Source of the DNA: an uncultured delta proteobacterium
GTDB lineage: Bacteria; Desulfobacterota; Binatia; UBA9968
Reading direction: 5' to 3'
Assembly: GCA_963745835.1 (NCBI GenBank)
Contig: CAVUZH010000019.1
Coordinates: 288,001 to 352,000, forward strand
DNA: 64,000 nucleotides
The notes beneath the pieces were generated by a model. The model was not told where the DNA came from. It saw only the letters and a program-made list of their open reading frames with translations, and searched no databases. Made by a program: the position numbers and the translations under genes. Below are positions 30,029 through 39,331 of the stretch, in pieces. Within the stretch, counting starts at the first letter, position 1. Each line of letters starts with the position of its first letter.

Positions 30029-30973
30029 CTAGGACTTACTCTTTGCTGAATCGGCTGGGGCAATAAATTCCTTTCGCAGAAAACCTCTCGGCCCTCCATC
30101 ATAACGGACTTCATACCAGTCGCCGCTTTGTCCCAGCAAAATAACCTTCGTACCGGTAGTAAAGCGGGCAACTGCGGCAGCCGAATAGTTGGGCTCCTCA
30201 CGAATTACAGTCGTATACTTCATCTGATAAAGCGCGCCTTCGGCAGGGGATTGCGCTTTCGGCAGCTGTCCTGGCTGAGGTCCGACGGCAATTTCTTTGG
30301 ACGAAGTTTGCCGGACACTGGGGGTCCTTATCGCCGTGATCTGTGGGGCCTGCTCTATATCTAACTTCAGTTTGGCAAGCGCCGGTTTGTCGCCCGCTTG
30401 TGATAAATTTTTTTCCCACTGGATCAACGTTGTTATATCCATCCCTTCCCGCACGAATAGCAGCGGACAGGTAATGGTGGACTCTTGGGAAAGAACCTGA
30501 TCAAAACTCCAGGTGGAAGCGGCAGCGATGACGGCTTTGCGAAAGTCGTTATCGCTAATGCGCGACGCGATCTCGCGCACCTTCGTTACTTCGCCTGAAG
30601 AGTTGATGCTCAACTGCAGAACAACTCCGCCCATGAGCGCCGAATTTTTCGAGATCTCCTGTCGATAGAGATCACGCAGAGTTTGTAATTGGCTCTCGAT
30701 TCTACCCGCAATCTTGGCTTCATCGATGAGCGCGTCCTTGCCGGCTTGAACATCGAATCCCATATCGCGAGCGAGAATGACGAGATCTCCCAGCGCGATG
30801 TTCCAGGTTGGAAGTTTTCTCGAGCTCTCTTCTTTGACAGCACTCGTCACTCGCTCCTTTGAACTCGAACCGACTCCAAGGCCGACTATGATGAGCCCGA
30901 ACCCAAATGCACAACCCGCCAGGGCAATGACAGTCCGGGAATTTCTCAGACCATTGATCTGTTCGCGTTTCAT
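30029..30973 (-). CDS. Membrane-anchored TonB-C-like (AgmX/PglI-type) + SH3b domain protein
   Basis: N-terminal TM; LYRQE...GGVVLQLSINSSGEV...WSF...ITCPLLF; C-terminal IREEP...GDWYEV...GFL. Confidence 0.7.
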   Translation of the reverse strand: MKREQINGLRNSRTVIALAGCAFGFGLIIVGLGVGSSSKERVTSAVKEESSRKLPTWNIALGDLVILARDMGFDVQAGKDALIDEAKIAGRIESQLQTLRDLYRQEISKNSALMGGVVLQLSINSSGEVTKVREIASRISDNDFRKAVIAAASTWSFDQVLSQESTITCPLLFVREGMDITTLIQWEKNLSQAGDKPALAKLKLDIEQAPQITAIRTPSVRQTSSKEIAVGPQPGQLPKAQSPAEGALYQMKYTTVIREEPNYSAAAVARFTTGTKVILLGQSGDWYEVRYDGGPRGFLRKEFIAPADSAKSKS

Positions 30974-31023
30974 AATCTCGATTGCATCCTTTTAGCAGCA
31001 GCTGTGAAGCGCATCCGCTCTGG

Positions 31024-31039
31024 AGCAAGTCTCATACCG
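31024..31039 (-). promoter_or_regulatory. Sigma-54 promoter for the TonB-C/SH3 gene
   Basis: Minus strand CGGTAT-GAGAC-TTGCT, GG-N10-GC, ~50 nt upstream of the start. Confidence 0.55.
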
Positions 31040-31364
31040 TGCGCATGCAAACCTAAATCTCAATCAGGCAAAATGAGAATTGGCGGCAGAGGCATGGGGA
31101 GCTTACAGGACAATCAGGACAATCTGCAGCGAAATTCTGTCACAGCAAACCGCCGGTGATATTCAGCGTGACGCTTTGAGGTCAGATCTAGCCAAAGCAG
31201 GAGGTTTGACGTTCGGACATTTTCTGCTGTCTTCACGGCAAGGTCGAACATTTGTGCTTCGTCGCCACCGAAATAGTCGCTTCCGATAGTGTGGTTGAAT
31301 TCTCAGGTTCCAGCACGTAGGCTCAAGTACCTCACACCTCTACAGTCTGGAGGACAGGAAGCTA

Positions 31365-31889
31365 ATGATGCAAGCACGCGCCCTTTTTTATTTGGCAACC
31401 ATGGCGGCACTTCTTTTGAGCACTCGCCTCATTGGCGAAACTGCAGAAACGGAAGCGCAAATTCGGGAAGGCTCGCAGGTCGCCCTGGAATACACATTGT
31501 CCGATGAAGCCGGCACGGTCATCGAATCAAACAAAGGTAAACAGCCGATGAGCTACATCCACGGTAAGAGCCAAATCATCCCAGGTTTGGAGAAGGAACT
31601 TTCAGGAATGAAGGTTGGCGAAGAGAAAAAGATTCAAGTCAAACCTGAGGATGGCTACGGACCGGTCAATCCCGATGCCTTTCAGGAAGTTCCAAAAGAC
31701 AAACTCCCACCCGAGGCGCTGAAGGTCGGCACGACGCTGATGGCTCAAGGTCCCCGAGGCCAAGGAATCCCGGTGCGTGTTCATGAAATCAAAGATACGA
31801 CGGTAATTATGGATTTTAATCATCCAATGGCTGGCAAGACTCTGTCCTTCGATGTCAAAATCTCCGAGATTAAGACGCCCGAGAAATAG
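31365..31889 (+). CDS. FKBP-type peptidyl-prolyl isomerase, SlyD-like, with N-terminal signal-like segment
   Basis: VALEYTL, HGKSQIIPGLEKEL, PEDGYG, DFNHPMAGKTLSFDV. Confidence 0.9.
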   Translation: MMQARALFYLATMAALLLSTRLIGETAETEAQIREGSQVALEYTLSDEAGTVIESNKGKQPMSYIHGKSQIIPGLEKELSGMKVGEEKKIQVKPEDGYGPVNPDAFQEVPKDKLPPEALKVGTTLMAQGPRGQGIPVRVHEIKDTTVIMDFNHPMAGKTLSFDVKISEIKTPEK

Positions 31890-32039
31890 CTCCAGCTGGT
31901 GAACCGAAGAGTGGCATGGCGCGCGCTATTGAGCTTTGACGGATAGATTGAGGAAATAGCTCCTCATTACTCGCGACAAATGGGCCTCGTGGTGCACTGA
32001 CGCCGCTTTAGAAAGTTTATCCAAGAGTAAACATTCGCC

Positions 32040-33068
32040 TCAGTTCCCCAGTATTTTTTTCATTCTGTCAATGATCGTTTGAGGTTGGGACATCACTTCC
32101 TTCGCGAGTTTCTCCATGTCCTCGCCGGCAACCGGATCCAATTCATAATTCCTTTTTTCAGCTTCGGTTTTGAGCTCGGGATCTTTGACCGCACTCACAA
32201 ATGCGTCGCGGAGAAGTTTGAGCCGATCAGCCGGCATTCCGGCGGGGCCGACCAACGGCCGGCCGAACACACCACCCGCAAGGATCAGCGTAGCGACACG
32301 CCGTGATTGATCCGTCGTCTTGTATCGATCCATCAACTCATAGATTGTCGGCGTGTCCGGCAGACGAGCGTCACGTTTGCGCGCCGATTGCGCGATGCTT
32401 TTGACGAAATTGTTCTTGCGCCAGGTATGAAACGGCTCGCGCGCAAAGAAAGATTCAATCGTCATGGCTCGACAGTGGATCTCGCCCTTCTCCACCGCAA
32501 GATCGATGGGGCCGCCGCCCTGATAGCCAAGAACGATGGTAAATTTCGCCCCCACGGTTTCTTCCAGTAACCTGGGAAAATAGAAACCGGTTCCGGCGGC
32601 GCCGCCGGAACCGCATTTCGGCGGTTCGCTAGCATTGCGGATATCTTCGATCGTTTTGTACGGACTGTCGGTGCGCATATAAAGGTGATGTTCGCTCTCC
32701 GAGGGCGAGCCGATGAAGCTGTACTTGCCCCAATCGTATTGCACTTCTTTGCGGCCGACGAGCTGATCAAAATACAGAGTGGGCGCGATCCAACCCAAGG
32801 TAAGTCCGTCCGGTTTAGCGACGCTGAATACATAATTAGCGGCGATCATCGAGCTGGCTCCCGGCATATTCTGAATGATGAAATTCGGATTGCCGGGAAT
32901 GTACTTCGTCATATGTTGGGCGATGAGCCGCGGCCACATGTCGTTGACGTCGCCGGCCGGATATCCTGTGACGATTCGAATCGTCTTACCTCCAAAGAAA
33001 TCGGTCTGCGCCTGCACAATCGAGATCTCAAGAAGGAAAAAAGAAACCGCCAGCAACAGTGTCTTCAT
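32040..33068 (-). CDS. Tripartite tricarboxylate transporter substrate-binding protein (TctC/Bug)
   Basis: GKTIRIVTGYPAG, IPGNP..IQNMPGA, KPDGLT, GYQGGG..LAVEKGE. Confidence 0.88.
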   Translation of the reverse strand: MKTLLLAVSFFLLEISIVQAQTDFFGGKTIRIVTGYPAGDVNDMWPRLIAQHMTKYIPGNPNFIIQNMPGASSMIAANYVFSVAKPDGLTLGWIAPTLYFDQLVGRKEVQYDWGKYSFIGSPSESEHHLYMRTDSPYKTIEDIRNASEPPKCGSGGAAGTGFYFPRLLEETVGAKFTIVLGYQGGGPIDLAVEKGEIHCRAMTIESFFAREPFHTWRKNNFVKSIAQSARKRDARLPDTPTIYELMDRYKTTDQSRRVATLILAGGVFGRPLVGPAGMPADRLKLLRDAFVSAVKDPELKTEAEKRNYELDPVAGEDMEKLAKEVMSQPQTIIDRMKKILGN

Positions 33069-33268
33069 AGTGATCCTCGGAAGTTACCACCCGCCAATGT
33101 TTGTCGCACCTGATCATAGGTCGCTGCCAACGCCCTCATAGTACAAATAAGACTTCTTGGTCAATTGCCATCAACCGCGTTCGGACGATCTCAGGAGAAT
33201 CGTCGCTTGACGCAGTACTGTAATTGAACTAGCTTCCGGTCCAGGAATTCAGTTGCCAAGGAGACAGC

Positions 33269-34177
33269 ATGCTGGCCAAACTCAAGCTGGTTATTTTCGT
33301 TGCAGTCGTTATCGTGGGCATCGCATTTGCCGCGTGGGCGCAGGACCTCGGCCCAGGATTTCATAAGATCAAAGACGGCATCTATACTTTCGCGCCGGAT
33401 CAACTCACGACTACATGCAGCTTCGTGATCACCGAGGCGGGTGTGGTGATGATCGATGCCTGCAACAGCCCGTTGGATTCGCGCCGAATGGCGGATGCGA
33501 TCAAAAAGGTAACCGACAAACCGATCATGTTCTTGATTGATACCGAGACGCACAGCGACCATACCGGCAACCACTTTATCTTTTCGCCGCCGGCGACCGT
33601 CATCAATGCTCAAGGCGCGGCAGACGGGATGAAAAAAGAGTACAACCCCAAACGCGCTGAGACTCTCGCCGCGAAATCTCCCGAAATGCGCGAAGCATTG
33701 AAGGGGGAAAAGATGATTCCGCCGCACATCGAGTACAAAGATCGCATGACCATCAACCTCGGTGAGCGGACTTTCGAATTGATCTATCTGAAAAATGCCC
33801 ACAGTGTCGCCGACACAGCGGTGTGGATGCCTAAAGAACGGGTACTGTTCGCGTCATCGGCAGCCAACGTGCGCACGTTTATCAATTTACGCCCCACGGT
33901 GGTGTTACCGGACGTCATCGCCAGCTTTAAACTGATGAAATCGCTTAATCCGGAGGTAGTGATCGCCGGGCACGGGGAGCCCACCAGTACGACTATTTTC
34001 GACGAATACGAGGGATTCTATAATCTTCTGATGAAGCGGGTCGGCGAAATGGCGGCGCAAGGGAAATCTCTGGACGAAATCAAAAAAGAGCTGAAAATGC
34101 CGGAATACACTCACTGGCAGGGTCAAGATCGTTTAGCCGTCAACATTGATGCGGCGTGGAAGGTGGTCAAGAAGTAA
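33269..34177 (+). CDS. Exported MBL-fold hydrolase (cyclase-like)
   Basis: Signal peptide; TETHSDHTGN (first His of HxHxDH replaced by Glu), AHS, IAGHG. Confidence 0.82.
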   Translation: MLAKLKLVIFVAVVIVGIAFAAWAQDLGPGFHKIKDGIYTFAPDQLTTTCSFVITEAGVVMIDACNSPLDSRRMADAIKKVTDKPIMFLIDTETHSDHTGNHFIFSPPATVINAQGAADGMKKEYNPKRAETLAAKSPEMREALKGEKMIPPHIEYKDRMTINLGERTFELIYLKNAHSVADTAVWMPKERVLFASSAANVRTFINLRPTVVLPDVIASFKLMKSLNPEVVIAGHGEPTSTTIFDEYEGFYNLLMKRVGEMAAQGKSLDEIKKELKMPEYTHWQGQDRLAVNIDAAWKVVKK

Positions 34178-34200
34178 TAAGGTAAAGCGGACTTGTTCCA

Positions 34201-35046
34201 ATGCGAACGAAGGCGATGCTCATCACATTGATGGCGACGAAAGTGCTTCTGCTCGCACTGTTATCAATGTCCTGTCCGTCCAGTAGCGCGGTTGCCCAGC
34301 AAGAAATTGTAACCCTGCCAACACGAACGGGCGTAACCCAGTCGTATTTCCTAACGAGCATCCCGAAAAATCCCCAGGCACTCGCGCTGCTATTTCCCGG
34401 TTCAGGGGGCTTAATACAACTGCGAGCCGAAAACGGAAAGCCCAGATTCAACCAGGGTAATTTTCTCGTGCGCAGCCGCGCTGAATTCATCAAGCGCGGA
34501 GTCGCCGCCGCGATCATAGATGCGCCATCTGACCAGCAAAGTGGCTGGGGCATGAGCGACGAATTCCGTCTCGGTAATGAACATCTGAGCGACATTTCCC
34601 GCATCATTGAAGAGCTCGCAAAGCGGTTTCCCGAGGTGCCGTTATTCTTGATAGGTACGAGCCGTGGAAGCATTTCCGCGGCAGCCCTCAGCAGCAGGCT
34701 CGGTGAACGGACTGCGGGCACGGTTTTGACCGCGACGATGCTTCGCCATACCCCTAAAAAGTCGAAAGAGCCAGGCGAGGGTCTGAGCAAATTTGACTTT
34801 GCAACGGTCAAGGTGCCATTGCTGTTGGTACACCATGTGAGCGATCAGTGTGCGTCTACGCCTTACGGCGATGCGGCACGGCTGTCAGAAAAATTTCCAT
34901 TGATTTCGGTGTTCGGCGGAGCCACACCGCAATCGGGCCCATGCGAGCCATTTAGCCAGCACGGGTTTTTGGGCAAGGAGTCCGAGACAGTCGAGCAAAT
35001 CGTGAACTGGATGCTTAAGAAGCCGTTCAGCCAAGAAGTTAGATAG
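34201..35046 (+). CDS. Exported alpha/beta hydrolase
   Basis: LLFPGSGG, GNFLVRSR, GTSRG nucleophile elbow, HHVSD, HGFLG. Confidence 0.8.
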   Translation: MRTKAMLITLMATKVLLLALLSMSCPSSSAVAQQEIVTLPTRTGVTQSYFLTSIPKNPQALALLFPGSGGLIQLRAENGKPRFNQGNFLVRSRAEFIKRGVAAAIIDAPSDQQSGWGMSDEFRLGNEHLSDISRIIEELAKRFPEVPLFLIGTSRGSISAAALSSRLGERTAGTVLTATMLRHTPKKSKEPGEGLSKFDFATVKVPLLLVHHVSDQCASTPYGDAARLSEKFPLISVFGGATPQSGPCEPFSQHGFLGKESETVEQIVNWMLKKPFSQEVR

Positions 35047-35155
35047 ACAAGTTCGATGTCCAACATCGAGCACTACCAGGTTCACCAGATTCAACAGTTC
35101 AAGTCGATAACCAAATGGTGAGACCGTTTGCTGAGAGGATTGTTGGAGGAAGATC

Positions 35156-36136
35156 ATGGAATACGTACAATTTGGCACGAGTGAGTTCAAGGTTTCCCGA
35201 ATGGGACTCGGCTGCATGAGTATGTCGGGCGTGTATGGGCCGGCGGATGACAATGAATCCATCGCTACACTGCACCAAGCTTTCGATCTCGGTATCAATT
35301 TCATCGATACTTCGGCTAGCTACGGCAGCGGTCACAACCATGAGCTGATTGCCAAGGCTCTCAAGGGCAGGCGCGAGCGGATCGTCATCCATTCAAAGTC
35401 GGGCAGCCCGCGCGCGCCGGACGCCAGTGGCATGCGCAGCGGCAGCACGCCTGAATACTTGACACAGAATTGCGAACAGAGCGTTAAGCGGCTGGGCATA
35501 GATTGCTTGGATATATTCTGCATGTCCCGGGTCGATCCAAATATCCCGGTTGAGGATTCGGTAGGCGCTATGGCGCAACTCGTGCAGCGCGGGCTAACCC
35601 GATACATTGGGTTGTCGGAAGCGAGCGCAACGTCAATCAGACGAGCGCGCAAAGTTCACCCGATTGTTTCGCTGCAGATGGAATACTCGTTGTGGTCGCG
35701 TGATCCGGAAGCAGGAAATATCGCCGCATGCCGTGAATTCAACATGGGCTTCATGGCCTACTCACCGCTCGGACGCGGGTTTTTCGCGGGCGCTGTCCAC
35801 GATGTCAAGGACATGACAGATGGCGACGGCCGCAGCAATCATCCGCGTTTCCAGCCGGAGAATCTAGCACGCAACCTGAAACTCCTGGGGCAGTTCGAAG
35901 CTTTTGCCCGAGAGAAAACTGCGACTCCAGCGCAGCTCGCTGTGGCCTGGCTGCTGGCGCAAGGCAACGACATCATTCCAATTCCGAGCAACAAGACGCG
36001 CCGTCATCTGGAAGAAAATATCAGGGCGATCGATATCCGGTTGAGCAAGGACGATCTCGCGCGTCTCGACCAGATTTTCCCGCCAGGAGCCGCGGCCGGG
36101 CCCCGCACGAAAGATTTGCATCGGGTGAATGTCTGA
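35156..36136 (+). CDS. Aldo/keto reductase
   Basis: GLGCMSMS, DTSASYG, IGLSEA, QMEYSLW, YSPLGRG, IIPIP. Confidence 0.92.
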   Translation: MEYVQFGTSEFKVSRMGLGCMSMSGVYGPADDNESIATLHQAFDLGINFIDTSASYGSGHNHELIAKALKGRRERIVIHSKSGSPRAPDASGMRSGSTPEYLTQNCEQSVKRLGIDCLDIFCMSRVDPNIPVEDSVGAMAQLVQRGLTRYIGLSEASATSIRRARKVHPIVSLQMEYSLWSRDPEAGNIAACREFNMGFMAYSPLGRGFFAGAVHDVKDMTDGDGRSNHPRFQPENLARNLKLLGQFEAFAREKTATPAQLAVAWLLAQGNDIIPIPSNKTRRHLEENIRAIDIRLSKDDLARLDQIFPPGAAAGPRTKDLHRVNV

Positions 36137-36239
36137 GGTCGCTTCGGATCGGTTCAATCCGTGCTAATTTTCCTTGGTCCACGTCACGATCCGCTCTTCC
36201 GCTATTTTTGCACGAAGGGATGCTTCTCTGTTCGATCTT

Positions 36240-37073
36240 TCATCCGTTGCGCCAACCATGAACGGGTTGCCATCCGAGCAGTCGTTTGGCGCGAGCGTTG
36301 GAGTATGCTCCCTTGCTGCCTGTCAGACCGCAGGCTTTGTCGCCGATGCTCGGCATGACCCGCGGATAAAGTTCGCAGAGCGGTTCGGCGACAGTGCTAT
36401 CGTCGGCGACGATGAACAAGATAGTGCCGCTTGGAATCGCGCGCTCAATTGCCAGTCGAAACGCGACAGCCAGATCGCGCGCATCCACGTAACTGTATGC
36501 GTGGAAGCCGCTGGCTCGACGGCCTTGGTCTTTTTTCATTTGTTCGAGCTCGTCCGGAGTCACCACACCGCTTGGGCGCAAGATCACGGTCTCTAAACCC
36601 TTGCGGCTGTAGGAACGGGCGATGGTTTCGCCGATCTCTTTTGATAGACCATAGACATCTTCAGCTCGTAGCGGATGATCTTCATCGATGGGAAGGTACT
36701 CAGGCGTGAAGCGTTCGCCATAGCTCCAGCCGACGATAGCATTGCTGCTCGCGGAGATGACTCGTCTGACGCCGAGGCGGAAGGCGGCATGATGAACGTT
36801 GAACGTGCCGACGACGTTGGTTTGATAGGTCACGGTGGTAGTCGCGATGTTAGGATTGTGAATGGCCGCAAGGTGAATGACGGCTTCGGCGCCTGCCATA
36901 GCCTCGATGACTTGGCCGAGATCTTGGATGTCTCCGACTAAATACTTGACTATGCCATGTTCCGGTCCGGGTGTGCGGTCGAACACGGTGAGTTCGTAAC
37001 TGGGATTATTGAGCAGCTCGCGGACGAGCCATCGGCCAACTTTGCCGGCTCCGCCGGTGATGAGAAGTTTCAT
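36240..37073 (-). CDS. NAD-dependent epimerase/dehydratase
   Basis: TGGAGKVG, HLAA, YGLSK. Confidence 0.9.
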   Translation of the reverse strand: MKLLITGGAGKVGRWLVRELLNNPSYELTVFDRTPGPEHGIVKYLVGDIQDLGQVIEAMAGAEAVIHLAAIHNPNIATTTVTYQTNVVGTFNVHHAAFRLGVRRVISASSNAIVGWSYGERFTPEYLPIDEDHPLRAEDVYGLSKEIGETIARSYSRKGLETVILRPSGVVTPDELEQMKKDQGRRASGFHAYSYVDARDLAVAFRLAIERAIPSGTILFIVADDSTVAEPLCELYPRVMPSIGDKACGLTGSKGAYSNARAKRLLGWQPVHGWRNG

Positions 37074-37267
37074 TATGTGGATTCGTCTATCATGCAGATT
37101 ACCTATGACGGCGCATGCCTGTCCCGATTCGCATCGGAGAATTTACCGCGGAGCCGCAGAGGGCACGGAAAAAAGGTTCTTAGAGAAGAACTCTGTATGC
37201 ATTCTATGTCTCTCTGCTTTGCTGTTGTATTTTAATTTGTCACTTCGCAGGCTCGCATTTCGACCGA

Positions 37268-38296
37268 TCACAACCCGTAGAGTGCCCGGGCGTTGTCACT
37301 GACTATCTTTTTAGCGATCGAGCCGCTTAACCGGGTATCGTCCAACACACCACGTAGCGCCAGGAGCTCGGTGGCGCTATCGGCATGGCCGTAATCAGTA
37401 CCGACCACCAGATTGTCTTCTCCGGCATGACCAATGATGTATGGAAGATCATCGCTGGTCTCGCAGCCGACATAGAAGCGGCTCGCGCGCAGCAAGTCTT
37501 TCTTATTCAATTCTCTGCCCTGGAGGTGGTAGCGCTTGGCGAGATCGGTTAGCACGTAGGGGAGCCACTGCGCGCTGACTTCGAGAAAGGCCACCTTCAG
37601 TCTTGGAAAACGTTCGGGGATTCCGTCCATGATCAGGTTGTGAAACGCACCCACCAGTACCAGCTTGAACTTCGAAAAGCCGATGGTTTCGTATTTGAAG
37701 TAGTTGAATAAGATCGGACTTCCAGTGGCGGAATGAATGCAAATGGGCAAGTCCAAGCGGCTGGCCGCGTCATAGAGGGGGAAAAAGTAGGAGTCGCTCA
37801 GCAGCAGATCGCATTCCGATCCGCGTAGAAATATGCCGACCGCGCCGTTCTCTTTCGCGAATCTTGCTTCGTCATAAACTTTGTCGATACTGAGCAGCGG
37901 CAACACCGCCACCCAGCGCAGCCGATCTTTTGCCTGCCGCCAGATATCCGCCATCCAGCGGTTGTAGCTGCGGCATAGCGCGAAATCGATTTCCGACCGA
38001 GGCGTGAGCGGAATAATAAAAATCGTCGGAAAAATGATTTGAATGTCGACGCCGAGCTCGTCGATGTGCTTGAGACGGGCAGTGACATCGCGCAATTCCC
38101 GCGAAGCCATCGGCGTGTTCTTGCCGACATTGCGCGATTTGAGCCGCAGCGTGCCGTCGACCAACCAATACTCGTCATCTGAGGAACCATCGTTGGAACT
38201 GACGACCTGGGGTCTAAACTTACGCTCAGGGCCTTCCATATATTCCCAAGTTTTTTCCGTTTCAAGGACGTGGGCATCGGCATCGATCTTGAGCAT
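37268..38296 (-). CDS. Amidohydrolase family protein (Amidohydro_2)
   Basis: IDADAHV, YNRWMAD, PICIHS, GTDYGH. Confidence 0.88.
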   Translation of the reverse strand: MLKIDADAHVLETEKTWEYMEGPERKFRPQVVSSNDGSSDDEYWLVDGTLRLKSRNVGKNTPMASRELRDVTARLKHIDELGVDIQIIFPTIFIIPLTPRSEIDFALCRSYNRWMADIWRQAKDRLRWVAVLPLLSIDKVYDEARFAKENGAVGIFLRGSECDLLLSDSYFFPLYDAASRLDLPICIHSATGSPILFNYFKYETIGFSKFKLVLVGAFHNLIMDGIPERFPRLKVAFLEVSAQWLPYVLTDLAKRYHLQGRELNKKDLLRASRFYVGCETSDDLPYIIGHAGEDNLVVGTDYGHADSATELLALRGVLDDTRLSGSIAKKIVSDNARALYGL

Positions 38297-38469
38297 GGTC
38301 AAACCTCTGTCTTAAGTTGTCTTCGTGATAGGTCATTGTTAGCTGCTTCGTTCATAACACCCGCTGGAGCTGCGCGTCAACGAAGATGCTTGACACTGCT
38401 TGACTCTGTGATAGGTAGCGTTTTTCACGACCTACAGTGATGTCCTCTTCAAGATCATCAAGGCAGGCA

Positions 38470-39321
38470 ATGCGACGATTCGATTTAGTAGAACCAACCA
38501 GCCTCGAGGACGCTTGCGGTCTCATCGCCAACAACAACGATGCCATAGCTATCGCCGGCGGCACGGCGCTTTTGACTATGATCAAACATGGCATCTTCGT
38601 TCCCAAGACGCTTATCAATTTGAAGAAAATCCAAGCCGCCAGCGACATCACCTACGACGCACAAACCGGGCTGCGTATTGGCGCGCTGACGACAATCTTG
38701 GATATCGAAGCGTCGCCCATAGTAAGGCAACACTATACGGTGCTTGCTGAAGCGTGCCATGTAGTTGCGAACATTCGCATTCGCAACATGGCTACTATAG
38801 GCGGTAATTTGGCGCACGGCGATTATCAATCCGATCCGCCCACGGTTCTGGTGGCGCTGGAGGCCGTCGTCGAACTTTTAAGTCGCAACGGAATGCGCCA
38901 GATGAAATTGTCCGAATTCTTCAAAGGCAGTTACGAGACCGCGATCGAACCGGGAGAATTGATCTCTGCAGTGATCGTTCCGCCGGCGCGCCATCTTCAT
39001 GGAACCTACGCCAAATTTACTACCGGCTCCTCGGAAGAGAGGCCCTGCGTCGGAATTGCCGCCTTAACGAGAATGGACGAGGGCGTTTGCCGTGAACTTC
39101 GTTTGGTTATTGGGGCGGTGTCGCCGAAACCGCTGCGCGTGCAAAGCGGCGAATCAATGGCGCGCGGAGAGCGGCTTACACCGGAGATGATCGAGCGCAT
39201 CGCCAAAGATGCCAGCCGTAACGCTGATCCGATCGATGACTTGCGTGGGACCGCCGATTACAAGCGCCACTTGGTTCATGTGCTGGTTCGCCGAACGCTA
39301 ATCGCGGCCGCGCAGATGTGA
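38470..39321 (+). CDS. Xanthine dehydrogenase/CoxM-family FAD-binding subunit
   Basis: AGGTALL, IRNMATIGGNL, DDLRGTADYKR. Confidence 0.9.
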   Translation: MRRFDLVEPTSLEDACGLIANNNDAIAIAGGTALLTMIKHGIFVPKTLINLKKIQAASDITYDAQTGLRIGALTTILDIEASPIVRQHYTVLAEACHVVANIRIRNMATIGGNLAHGDYQSDPPTVLVALEAVVELLSRNGMRQMKLSEFFKGSYETAIEPGELISAVIVPPARHLHGTYAKFTTGSSEERPCVGIAALTRMDEGVCRELRLVIGAVSPKPLRVQSGESMARGERLTPEMIERIAKDASRNADPIDDLRGTADYKRHLVHVLVRRTLIAAAQM

Positions 39322-39331
39322 GAAGAGAACG

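Noticed and set aside
33191-33802. Long alternative-frame ORFs (also 2714-3385, 42579-43316, 49603-50196, 55943-56536)
   Set aside because: Antisense shadows of well-supported genes in GC-rich DNA
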